The notes below the pieces were generated by a model, which searched no databases, was not told where the DNA came from, and saw only the letters and a program-made list of their open reading frames with translations. The position numbers and the translations under genes were made by a program. Shown piece by piece: positions 1 through 11,602 of a stretch of 64,000 nucleotides of DNA (positions are counted from its first letter, which is position 1; the number at the start of each line of letters is the position of its first letter). Source of the DNA: Sphagnum compactum (Eukaryota); assembly GCA_965153455.1 (NCBI GenBank), contig OZ234493.1:14808213-14872212 (forward strand), read 5' to 3'.

Positions 1-400
1 CTCCTGCATCCATTCCCGTCCTCAATCCCCGCACAATTGCTTGCAAAGAAACCCGATTCTCCGCGAGTTCCTCCCACAAGCTTCCATCCAAAAAAGCACC
101 CTCGCTACTACCACTACTACGACCATTGCCGCCCCGCCTACTGCCACTTTTCCTAGAAGACGAGAATTCAAACCCTTGTACACCAGACGATTGCCGGGCG
201 GTTCCGGAAGATGACGCGACAGGAGGATTGCCGAAGATGCTGTAAAGCTCCAGAACAAGCGCTTCTGATAAACCTGAAGAAGAAGAAGAAGAAGACGCTA
301 TACCAGTTTCCAACCGCCGATTTGCAACTGCACTCGTCTCCCCTTCCTCTGCCACTCTTTGCAGCAAGGAGCATATACGCTTGATCTCGTCTTCGTCCAT
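1..400 (-). CDS. CAP-D3: 5' part (first exon, runs off the window) of a probable condensin-2 complex subunit D3
   Basis: My translation from ATG at 400 is open to the window edge: MDEDEIKRICSLLQRVAEEG...LSEALVLELYSIFG...LWEELAENRVSLQAIVRGLRTGMDAG. This resembles the recalled plant CAP-D3 N-terminus (LFDELSSKNLS...LASAMDSG). E2F/MSA-like motifs upstream fit a cell-cycle gene. Absent from the ORF track because there is no stop in the window. Confidence 0.6.
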   Translation of the reverse strand, partial: MDEDEIKRICSLLQRVAEEGETSAVANRRLETGIASSSSSSSGLSEALVLELYSIFGNPPVASSSGTARQSSGVQGFEFSSSRKSGSRRGGNGRSSGSSEGAFLDGSLWEELAENRVSLQAIVRGLRTGMDAG

Positions 401-405
401 GTTTT

Positions 406-673
406 CAACGGCATTCGATGCATACAATATCTAACAAACAAGCAATTGCGAACAAAACAACAGCAAGAAAAGAGAGCTTCTTCTGTGAAGCACGAGCACC
501 CGACCTTCGCCCTGAAAAAACCCCCCGCGAAATGGGACTTCGTTCCAGCATTCCCGAACAAGTGCGTTGTTGGAAAGCGTATTTGGAAAATAGAGCCGTT
601 GGGGTAGTGTGATCATGATGATGCTTTTTTTAAATTCAAATATTTTCTTCCCGCCATTCATTTTTGGCGGGAA
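406..673. promoter_or_regulatory. Cell-cycle promoter motifs (E2F-like and MSA-like) upstream of the minus-strand gene
   Basis: TTCCCGCCA (648-656) and TGGCGGGAA (665-673) form an inverted pair. TTTCGCGG lies on the minus strand near 525-532. AACGG cores occur at 406-411 and, on the minus strand, at 596-601. Confidence 0.45.
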
Positions 674-3600
674 CAATGAACAAGCGTCTTTTTAGTTAGT
701 GAGATGACGACATTTTAGGCCTCTCTTTACGCCAGGTGAACTTTTTTTTTTTTTTTTTTTTTGGGGTCAATTTTGTGATGTTGCTCAAGTGGCAATCATC
801 CATAAATATATATTTAGCCAAATTTGGCGATATTCAAGATATGAAATTAAAAAATCTCTTAAGTATCGGGCCTTTCATGTTGTAGGGAATTGTGACAAGT
901 TTTGGAGATTTTTTTAAAGAAAAAAACGGGAATTTGTGAAAGAATGTTTAAAACATAGAAATTTTGAATTCACACTATATCACTTTGGATTAATGTAGGA
1001 GCTTTTGTCCCCAACGAGATGGGGTACTAAACATTGTCAAATGATTCAATACATACATATAACATATATTTATATGCATTTGCATATAGTTTGCAATGTA
1101 TGTGAATATGATGGATTTGTTTGAATTATATGGTCTCTAACTATTGAGAATATTTGCTTTTATATCTATATTTTGACATTTTTTTTACCATGGAAAACAC
1201 TTATTTTTTATTCTTTTGAATTTTTTTTTTTTTTTTTCATGTGAAGCTTAGTAACATTTTATTACTATTGTTTTTATTATTTACACATGTTTTAAAACCA
1301 CTAGTCATTTAATTCTAAACATCCGTTGAAATGCTAGCCCATGACACGACATCAAAAACATAATTAAAAATCTCACCACTTGGAATTAAAGGGTTTGTGC
1401 AAAATTTCATCGAAAATTGAACACAAAAACAAAACAAAAAGGATATTTTGTGACAAAATTCTCAAACATTTGGAATAAAAGACTCAATATCAAATAAATG
1501 CCCATTTTGATTTTTTTTCCCAACACATTTGGACTCCAAGTTCAATTTGATACATTTTTTCAATTGGGTTTTTTTACTATTTAGATAGGTTTTAAAAACT
1601 GATGGTCATTTAGTTATGAATATTTGAATGTTCAAATCTAATCGATCAAGTTTAAGTTCTTCTTCCATTGACATCAAGGAGATAACATCCATTTTAGAGT
1701 TGAAGGGGTCTATACAAAAATGAAACAATTTCTTACATATGAAATTCAAAAGTATTTCAAAATGATTGAATCGTGTGAGAGTTTTTGATTGAGAGCTTGC
1801 CTTCCAATTGTTTCCACTAATTATTGATGTTAGACATCTATGAGGTTTGCTAGCAATAAGCTTAGAAAACTTTTATTTAATTTCATTTGTTGAAGTTTAT
1901 TTCTAGAAGTTGGGTTAAAGGAAGGACTTTTTATGAAATGGTTGGCCTTATGCAACAACAAAGAATAAGAAAGTTTGTCATCTAAAAGAAAGAATACGGG
2001 TGATGGAAGTTGCAACTCAACAAAATTACATTTGAATATTGACAACCTCATGGAGATGGGATATGCATGGATGGTGACCCCCATATATAAATGCCAAGGA
2101 ATTATGAGTAGACTTGAAATGATATAATGCACAAAAAATATATAACCATAAACAAAGCGAAAACACATGATGATAGTTTGAAAATATGAAGATATGATGT
2201 GATATGGAGAATATATGATTTAAGAATATGTTTTTGAAAAATGAAAATGTACATGTTTTTTAATTGAACCCATTTGCATAATCATTATACTCTTTATATG
2301 GCAATTAAACCCACATCAAATCACAAATGATATCAAAGAAAGAAACCTAATTATTTTTTCTAGGTTTAAAAGTATGTTGTCACATTGTCAATATTATAAA
2401 TAATATTTGAAATTTAAGTGAGTCCAATATTATCTCAAACATGAAATGATTGAATTTAGGGTTAATCACACTCAACTATAAAGGGAAGTATACAAATGTG
2501 GATATGTTGATTAAGTGAATACAAACATTACCACACTTATTAAGTCTTCAAAAAGTGCACATAATTTGATAGTTTGGCACAACCATTGAAATGAAAAATA
2601 ACAATGTTATATGAAAACCCACGTACACCAACAAAATCTCACTTTTTTACAAGTAAAAAATTCCAATTAATAAACCCATTATAACACAAAACTTAGCAAA
2701 GATGAAATATTAAGTACCATGGAAAATCTCAATAATAGAAGAAAGGACACACTTCAAATATGAAAACAACAACACCCACACCTTCAACTTGATAGTCTAT
2801 GATAGTAATGTACGATTCATGCCCTTGGAGTTTCTTCTAACCATAATTGGTTTTCTCTAGCCTTAATTTGAAGTTGGGCCAACATATTTTCCCAACTTGC
2901 ACCCAAAACACAAACATGAAGATTTATCAAGTTCGAAAATAGAAATGGAGAAAAAGAGAAAAATATGCATGCAAAACAATCATGCAATCTTCAAAAATCA
3001 TGAATATGAATTCATGGTTCACCACAAAGCCAACAAAAAAAAAGGGCACTCATATCCTTTAATTGCACTTAAGTTGAAAAGATGTGACAAACATCTTGAT
3101 AAGGTACACGCAAAGTGAAAGGTTATGAGGTCTCTGAAACTTTTTTGTTGTTGGCAACCAAGTCAAGTGAAGAAAATGGTACAAAAATATTCATAGGCAA
3201 ACACAAAGTTAATGGAAATGCTTCAAAAAACCAAAAAAATCAAAGAAAGATAATATGATTTCAGAAAACCATGAAAAAACCTTACCTAAAAAAAAATGTA
3301 AAAAGATGGGTGTTGGAAAAACATGATCTTTAATAAGAAAAAAGTTCCACCCTACATAGGAAATGAGATTGGAACTTTGACACTAAAGAATTATCTATAC
3401 ATAAAACTTGTACAAATGTCACTCGATGTCTCACAAAGAATACAAAATAGTCCATTCAAAATAAATCAACACAATTAAGTTGCAAAAGACTTAATTTCAC
3501 AAAAACATTATTCTTGAAAATAGTTTGTGGCATTATCTTGTTGTTAACAATTATAGATGGTCATTTTGATGTAAGAACCAAAAGGAAAAAATGCAATAAA

Positions 3601-6251
3601 AGTCAATAAAAAATGTAAAACACTTCCAATATTTGTAATACTATTAATGCATTCCTGAGTATAAAAAGAAATATTTTGGCTTAGAAAGAAGAAAAAATTG
3701 AATCCACATTTTGCTAAATCTCCCTCCTTGCAAAAAGACACATATTGTTTTAATAAACATCGTAAAGAAAAAAAGACATCATGTTACAATAAACCATGCA
3801 AAAAGAAAATGAATGTTCTTAAAAATTTGGAAGCAAATGAAAATGAAATCACTCCATATCTTTGCCTAAAGGATAGAGCCAATAAAATTGTGTTTAATAT
3901 GTATAAAGTGATTATTTATTAGTGAATAACCATTCGGGAAAATTTGTGTGAAACCCAAATGAACGCCAAACCGCCCCAAGGCTCTATGCTATCATACATC
4001 AATGGAACTTTTTACCCTCCTAGCAAGGACCCTACATGTAAGATATTTTTTATGTTTGTTACTTGGATGGGTAGAAAACACTAACACAACTATGTTTTGT
4101 CTAGTTGTGAAATGTTGTTAACTTTATTTCATGTGGATAATAAATTGTTATCAACTTTTTATCGCTTAGCAAAATGTTACAATATGTGGTAGAGTGTTCT
4201 TTCCAAGCTTGGTCATGACTACAAAGGGGATTTATGAAGACAATGGAAAGAAGTATTATTATTGTTTTATGTGCACTTTGGAATGATGTGGGTTTGTCTA
4301 TTCCTTTTGGGAGAAAAGTAGGTGGTGGAAGAAAAAATCACATTAATGAAAATGATGAAAAAGTTTTGCAAGATGCATGATCCTAAGAGTGATGCAAGAA
4401 AGGATAAGAAGGTGGCTAAATGATGCAGTAAGCAATGTGACAATGTGGAATGTGTGGAGTTGAGTTTTGAAAATAAACATGAATATTCAACTAAAATTAC
4501 AATTGAATCATGGTGATTCTTATTTATTCTTATTTTGCTACACCAATAACAATTAAGTTAAAATGAACAATTTGTTCCCATATAACTAAAGGTTGATGCC
4601 AAGACATGAGGATACTGTGAAATGGTTTGGATTATAGAGTATGGGCTTCTAAGAAATTCTAGAGGGAATTTGCATTGAGAAGAAAAGAGTCTAGGGGTTT
4701 GAGTCTAAAGTTGGTGTTGGTGCTAAAGTTAAAAACATAAAAAACCTCTATTGGGTACCCTTGGGGGGAGTTAGACTTGCAAAAAGACAAAAGAGCCCAT
4801 TAAAACTTATAAAACAATTTTAAGAATTGATGGAACAAGAATAAAAGTCACTTTTGCTTCAATGGTTTTTAAAACCTTATATTGACATTAATAAACATAT
4901 ATGGATTGTAATTGATTATGAGGAATCGGAGAAGGAATAGGTGTTGACTCATTGCATAGAGTTGAACACGAAAAATAAAAAGCACCATTTTGCATTACAT
5001 AATAAGGGCTTAATGTATCAACTAAAAAAACCCACTAAACATTGAGAGTTTTGATCTTTGGCCATATTTGAAATCAAAAAATCAACACGGTAGATCAAAG
5101 TACATTAGTAGGTGGAATTGTAATTGTTGTTATTTCTTTAGGTTAAAATATCTTGGGATTACAAGTGTTTTTGTAAGATTTGTATTAATGTCATTTGTGT
5201 AAAAGGACTTTGAGTTTCAACTTTATATTTGTCAATGTGCGACATTCGAGATGCTTTATATATGTGTAGGAAGTTATTCTCATTCTAAAACATGTCAAAG
5301 GAAGCAAAACAAAAAATATAAATCATGTTAATTACTAAGCACTCCTTTTCTTTTGTTCACACTAAGTTTTTATCTCTTGACAACTTAATACATGATCTAT
5401 AAAAGTATACACATCAATTAATGAAGATGATCTAAAGGAATAATCTTTGAAGGATTTATGATGCCTTTTGTTTGTCCAATTTAAAAAATGGTGAATTTTA
5501 ATGTGGAAATTATAAATTTTTTTTTCACCCTTATTGTTTTACCCATCTAATAGTTGAAGTTTACCTTTACCTTAAGGCATATAATTGTTGTGAAAAAGTT
5601 GTAACAACAATTTACAACACAAAGCAAGGAATCACACATAGCAAATAATCAAGCAAAACCCAATCCAATGAAACAACTTTCTAACACAATATTTGCAAGC
5701 TACTTATAGTGGGTACATCTCTCCAAATGATTAAACCTACCATGAGTCTTATGAAAATCGATTTAAAAGTTTGCCCATGACATCATGCAAGAAACTAAGC
5801 ATAGATTTAGGAGTTTCTTCAACTTCAATTGAATTTATATTTGCTACTATTCAAAAAAAGGGTCTAACTTGTATCATGTATTTGAATAAAAGTCATTCCA
5901 ATCATTGTCAATCTTTATTAATGTTGTTTTTGCATGTGGATTGCAATAGTTTTCAACAAATCAAATTGCTTTAATGTTTATTTATCTATATTGATGCACA
6001 TTACATACCAACAGTGATGAAAAAATGAGTTGATTTTGTGAAAATTAAGTTTCATTTGAATGAAAATATTGAACAACATTGCATGTAACTTGAATTGAAT
6101 TCAAATTCCATTGAAAAGAATCCTATATATAAAAGCTACAGTGGTGTCTGTGTGTCCGTCTGTGTGTCACAAAACGTTTTGCGTTTTAACATTACGCCAG
6201 AACCGGCGGCAGTTAGGGCAGTTGGGAAACATCTTTGAAAAGCAAATTCTT

Positions 6252-6975
6252 AGAAATTGCCATGATGTCTCTGATCTCTGAAAAAGCTCCAAGAGACAGA
6301 CAAATGCTTCACATCAAAGCAGAGCAATGTTCAATGAGACCACATTCAAATCCCTTTTGTATTTCTCTCTGAAGAAGATGCATTCAGATCAGAGCAGAGC
6401 AATGTTCAATGAGACCACATTCAAATCCCTTTTGTATTTCTCTCTGTGTGTTTGTGTCTGTGTCTCTTTGTCTTTCAATTCATAACTTTAGATGCCAATG
6501 GCACATTCAAGAGATTTGCTGACCTCCAGAATGTAAGAATCAAAGTAAGAGCTGCAATGAATTCATAACAAAATTAAGAAATTGCCATGATGTCTCTAAT
6601 CTCTGAAAAAGCTCCAAGAGACAGACAGATGCTTCACATCAGAGCAGAGCAATGTTCAATGAGACCACATTCAAATCCCTTTTGTATTTCTCTCTGAAGA
6701 AGATGCATTCAGATCAGAGCAGAGCAATGTTCAATGAGACCACATTCAAATCCCTTTTGTATTTCTCTCTGAAGAAGATGCATTCAGATCAGAGCAGAGC
6801 AATGTTCAATGAGACCACATTCAAATCCCTTTTGTATTTCTCTCTGTGTGTCTGTGTCTGTGTTTCTCTGTCTTTCAATTCATAACTTTAGATGCCAATG
6901 GCACATTCAAGAGATTTGCTGACCTCCAGAATGTAAGAATCAAAGTAAGAGCTGCAATGAATTCATAACAAAATT
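6252..6975. repeat. Nested tandem repeats: two ~325-400 bp units containing 75-bp subrepeats
   Basis: AGAAATTGCCATGATGTCTCT starts at ~6252 and ~6577. The 75-bp unit (CAGAGCAATGTTCAATGAGACCACATTCAAATCCC...) occurs twice in the first copy and three times in the second, visible as a 25-aa repeat in ORF 6652-6885. Confidence 0.9.
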
Positions 6976-7972
6976 CAACAATCTTCATAAAAAAAATTCA
7001 TAAAAAAATTCATAGGCCAGCAGCTTGAAATGTTTTGGAATTGGAGCTGTAAAAGCCAACAAATTGTTTGTGTACAGGTGAACAGGGGCAGAAAATGGGT
7101 AAATCTCTATTGAATGCGGTTATATTTGTTAGCGTCAGTCCCTTGCTCTCTTCCTCTCTATGTATGTCAAGATTGCAGGCCCAATAACATCTGCTGCAGG
7201 TGGAGTGGAGAGCACCTAAGATTGTAATGTGGATGATCCTCTGTTACTTAATTTGCCACTATCAGTGTCCATCTTCCCTGTGTCAGTCATTTAGGTGTGA
7301 GAGTAGAATGTAACACATTGATACCATTTGATCCTGTGCAGGTTTGCAGGTCAGTCAGAGCCATTATTGCTTTGATTCTTTTTTTCTTGCACAGGGTACA
7401 AGGATTTCTGAATGTGACTCATTACGTGCAAGGCCCTCCTTCCTGCTTCACCTATGCCAGGTGAGTGTTGGAATATGCAGGTACTCAGCAGCTTTCCTTG
7501 CAGTATGGACCTATAGGAAGGACAACAGAAAATCTCATATGTTAGATTCTTGGGACTGATAGTTTGTATCTATTTTCACCAAGTTTGCTGATGAAGTGGA
7601 CACAAGTACCCTCCATGCTCCACTTATCAATGGGTAAAGACTTGAGTCAGGGTTTGTTTGTCTCATTTGTTTGATTGTGTGCTTCTAAGGTCTGCAAATC
7701 ACCAAGTGCTGGAATTAGGTTGCAAAATGGATATTATCAGGTATTTTGAAAACTTAGCACCAAAAGTCTATATTGTCAATGATGCAACAGAAAGAACCAA
7801 TATGGCATTGGAGACATGTATTCTGCAAATTGCAAAGGACCTGAGAAACACTTGAAAATGGATGTGCATTGGCATCGTTGCTCCACTACATAGTGTGTCA
7901 TTGTCTACATGTCCAAGAGCATTCATGATGCTGTACTTTCTGCTTCCAGGAATTGACTGGTAGAACCAACCT

Positions 7973-8134
7973 TTCCTAAGCAATAAACACATGTCTGTGA
8001 TCTGTCATCATTTCTTTTCAGTGTAGCTTTCTCTAGCAGCTTTGCATTGGAAGTTCCTAAGCAATAAACACATGTCTGTGATCTGTCATCATTTCTTTTT
8101 AGTGCAGCTTTCTCTAGCAGCTTTGCATTGGAAG
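7973..8134. repeat. 81-bp tandem duplication
   Basis: TTCCTAAGCAATAAACACATGTCTGTGATCTG at 7973 and 8054. Confidence 0.9.
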
Positions 8135-8606
8135 TGTCATGCAGGAAACTCAGCCTGCCAAAGTAAACCATATGCATGCAAGGACAGTAGTGGGATGTAT
8201 CACCAAAGGATGGCAGGTTTCAGTGTTTAGTCCATTTGAGTGGGTTTGCTTGAGAACAACCAGCCTGTATCAGGCATGATTGACCTGAATGCTCAACCTA
8301 GACACTTGCTGTCTCAAGCCTCTCTCCCTGACAAAGTAATGCATTTCTTGCAACAATTGTATGATAACATGAAACTGTTGAAATTGTATGAAGCTGGGAC
8401 ATCAAGATTTCCTGGTATGTTCTCTATGAAGGGAGGGAGAAGGGAAGGAAATTTTAACTTATGACTTTCTTTTTTTCAAGCTATCTTGGTTTATCAAGAT
8501 CAATGAAAACATAATTTGATCACAAAAACATACAAGAAACAAAGGGTATCAATCAAATGTCCTATCTTGCTTTATCACAAAAAACATACATGACATGAAT
8601 ATTAAA

Positions 8607-10470
8607 GGAGGTATAGGTCAATCCAATAATGGAAGTTACTCTGATGGACATGGAGGAGGGAGTGCTGTGCCTTAGACTGACTCTGGTGACTTCCAGAGGC
8701 CAGCTATGGGTGGAGTAGGTGGGGTTAATAATCAGCAAGTTCAGCAACAAAACACATATGGAAGACCCAGTGTTGCTCCTCCCTACCAACCTGCCCCTGT
8801 TTATTCAAATAGAGGACCCATTGCCAAGAATGAAGCACCTGCCAGAATTGTCCCAATTGCCGCCTTGAATCCATACTAAGGTCGGTGGACTATCAAAGCA
8901 AGAGTGACTGCCAAGAATGATGTCCGCTGTTTCCACAACGCCAGGGGAGATGGCAAGGTTTTCTCCTTCGACCTTTTGGATGCAGATAATGGAGAGATTC
9001 GAGCTACTTGCTTCAACAATGTTGTGGATCAGTTCTATGATAAAATTGATGTGGGCATGGTGTATTTCATTACAAAGGGTTCTCTAAAGGCAACAAACAA
9101 GAATTTTAATCATTTAAAAAATGATTGGGAAATATTTCTGGAGTCATCATCAACAATGGAGCCTTGCTTTGAGGGAGATGGATTAATCCCTCAGCAGCAG
9201 TTTCACTTCAGGCCTATTGGTGATGTTGAAAATATGGAAAATAATGCAATGGTGGATGTCATTGGAATTGTTGTGTCAATCAATCTCTCAAGTACCATTA
9301 TGCGCAAGAATGGCATTGAGACACACAAGAGAACTTTGCAGATAAAGGATAGATCTGGCCACAGTGTGGAAATCACAATGTGGGGCAGTTTTTGTCAAAA
9401 AGAGGGGCAGCAGATACAAGATCTTTGTGACTCTGGCCAGAACCCTGTACTGGCTGTGAAGGCAGGTAGGGTCAGTGATTTCAGTGGCAAATCAGTTGGA
9501 ACAATATCTTCAACACAGCTCCTTATAGATCCTGATATACCGGCAGCACATCAGCTTCGGGATTGGTTTGATGGGGAGGGACGACATTCAGTTTCCCAGT
9601 CAATTTCCAGGGAAGGTGGTACTGGCATGCGAACTGAGCTCCGCAAAACTGTCTCTGCAATCAAAGATGAAGGACTAGGCAGAGGTGATAAGCTTGACTG
9701 GATAACTGTAAGAGCTACGGTCTTCTATATCAAGCCCCACAATTTCTGCTACACTGCCTGCCCACTTGACAATGGTGGTAAGCAATGCAACAAGAAAGTG
9801 ACCAACAATGGCGGTACATGGCGGTGTGATAGATGTGATCGCACTGTACCGGAATGTGATTACAGGTCAGTCTTTCAGTTCCTAATTATTCAAGAGACAT
9901 TGTCTTGGTTATAACCCTGGTGGTCTATTGTATGAGGGGGAGCCTTTGTTTAACCATAATTAGTAAAACACCACTGTAGGGGCAGGGTATGTGGAATTGC
10001 ATGTTCTTCCCATAATATGACAGTGGAGGATGTCATTGAAAGTTTGTCAAATCTTGCAGTGCCTCTTTGGGTTCCTATTCAGAACTTAATCAATTGGCTG
10101 CAGGTATTTGCTTAACATCCAAGTGCAAGATCATACGGGTCCAACATGGGTTACAGCCTTCCAGGAGGTTGGCGAGGAGATTATGCAACACCCAGCAAAA
10201 GAACTTTTCTTATGGAGCCAAACTGATAACCAAAAATTCATTGAAGCAATACAGAAGCTGACATTCACGGAGCACCTCTTTAAGCTGAAAGTGAAAGAAG
10301 AGATGTACAATGATGAGTAGCAGTTGAAATTGACAGTGGTTAGAGTAGATCGTATTGACTGGGTTGCAGAGAGTAAGCTCATGATAGATTCGATTACAAA
10401 GCTTAACCGAGGAGAAACTATTGATGTCCCAATTGGTAGTGGAATCAATGGTGGTAGTACCTATACTTAG
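8607..10470 (+). pseudogene. RPA1: Replication protein A 70 kDa subunit (RPA1A/C-like) pseudogene, 5'-truncated, inside a Helitron
   Basis: NRGPIAKNEAPARIVPIAALNPY*GRWTIKARVTAK, OB-folds A and B (GKVFSFDLLD...EIRATCFN; VDVIGIV...RTLQIKDRSG), and the C4 zinc motif CPL..CNKKV..WRCDRC. A GT-AG intron at 9866-10103 joins DYR|YLLNIQVQDHTG. In-frame stops at 8673, 8877 and 10318. The N-terminal DBD-F is missing. Confidence 0.92.
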
Positions 10471-11503
10471 TCTATCTGTCTGTCTGTGAGGTGTGGTCAT
10501 AACCTTATGCGGAGAATTTGGTGTCTGTGTGTCCGTCTGTGTGGCTGGAGTGGCATAGCCACGGGTTACCCACTAATATAACAAGATACAAATCGGTGCA
10601 CAAGGTATTGAAAATCTACTTGTCATTTCCATCAATTCATGACTTTGGTGTTGAAAAAAAGTTAGTTTAAAAACAAAAGATTAAAAAATAACAACTTTGC
10701 ATAATCCTTACTATGGTCCTTGACATTTTATTTGAAATTGTCAAGACCCTTTATGTACAAAGGATCCTTTCTATACTAGTTTTGAGATCCTCATCAATAG
10801 AATGATTTATGTAAGGGGACCAAAAAATATGGGTTTATGGTGTATAACTTAGTTCATTTGTTTATTGAAGACCTTGTGACAAGTTGTGGTAAACTTTTCA
10901 AAAATCTTTAGATGATAATTAGGTGTGCCACATGTATGGTGGATGATTTAAATGTGAGTTAACTCCTTAGAAGAAGCTTCATAATGCTCACATTAATGTT
11001 TGTAATGTGGCCTAAAAATAGCCACACAAAAAAAAATTATTTAAAGAAAATTTAAAATGAAATTAAAATTCAAACCCAATATTCCCCAATTTGGCAAAGG
11101 CAAGATAATCATTGATATTAAAAAAGGTTCTAACTTATGTAATTTTGTTCTTAAATCTAGACCATCCACATGCAAGCATCAAAAATTAATTTAAAAAAAT
11201 AAATATTGAATAAGTGGGAAGAGTGTTGGAGATAGCTATAATTTTTTGTGTGAATTTTCCCAATAATGCAAAAAAATTGAAATTAAAAATGGAATATTTT
11301 GTCATATATTCTTTTTTTGGGGGGGAAATTGTTTAATATGCTATATGAGGCAAAATAAAAAATTTGAAAGGAAAAAATACTGGAACTTGGATAGTTTTGT
11401 GCAAATAAAATAAAATAAAATAATCTAATATCCCTCAATTTGAGATAGGTAAGAAAAATAATTGCGAACTTGTGTAACTAAGTGTTCTTGAAATCTAGAC
11501 CGT

Positions 11504-11512
11504 CCACGTGGC
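11504..11512 (+). promoter_or_regulatory. G-box/ABRE (CCACGTGGC) about 90-100 bp upstream of the HCAR start codon
   Basis: Perfect CACGTGGC in an otherwise AT-rich upstream region. Confidence 0.45.
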
Positions 11513-11602
11513 AGCATCTGAAAATAACAGTATTGAGTAAGTGGGGAAGAGTGTTGGAGAGTTTTGTCCTCCGAAGACGAAAGGAAGGAAAGCTTTGCGG
11601 CG

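Larger units (their letters stand above)
6121..10576 (+). mobile_element. Non-autonomous Helitron carrying captured gene sequence
   Basis: 5' end A|TCCTATATATAAAAG at 6121. 3' end has hairpin GTGGC-ATA-GCCAC (10550-10562) then GGGTTACCCACTAA|T (CTRR at 10573-10576). Inserted between A and T with no TSD. The flanks appear to join into one AT-rich repeat. No RepHel ORF seen. Confidence 0.8.

Noticed and set aside
8877-8879. U-to-C RNA editing rescuing the stop codons
   Set aside because: Such editing is known from plant organelles, not nuclear transcripts. The fragments are also truncated, so mutational decay is the simpler explanation.
8904-9914. 336-aa ORF as an intact RPA1 gene
   Set aside because: It starts at GTG just after an in-frame TAA in a conserved motif and reads into the intron; further stops lie up- and downstream.
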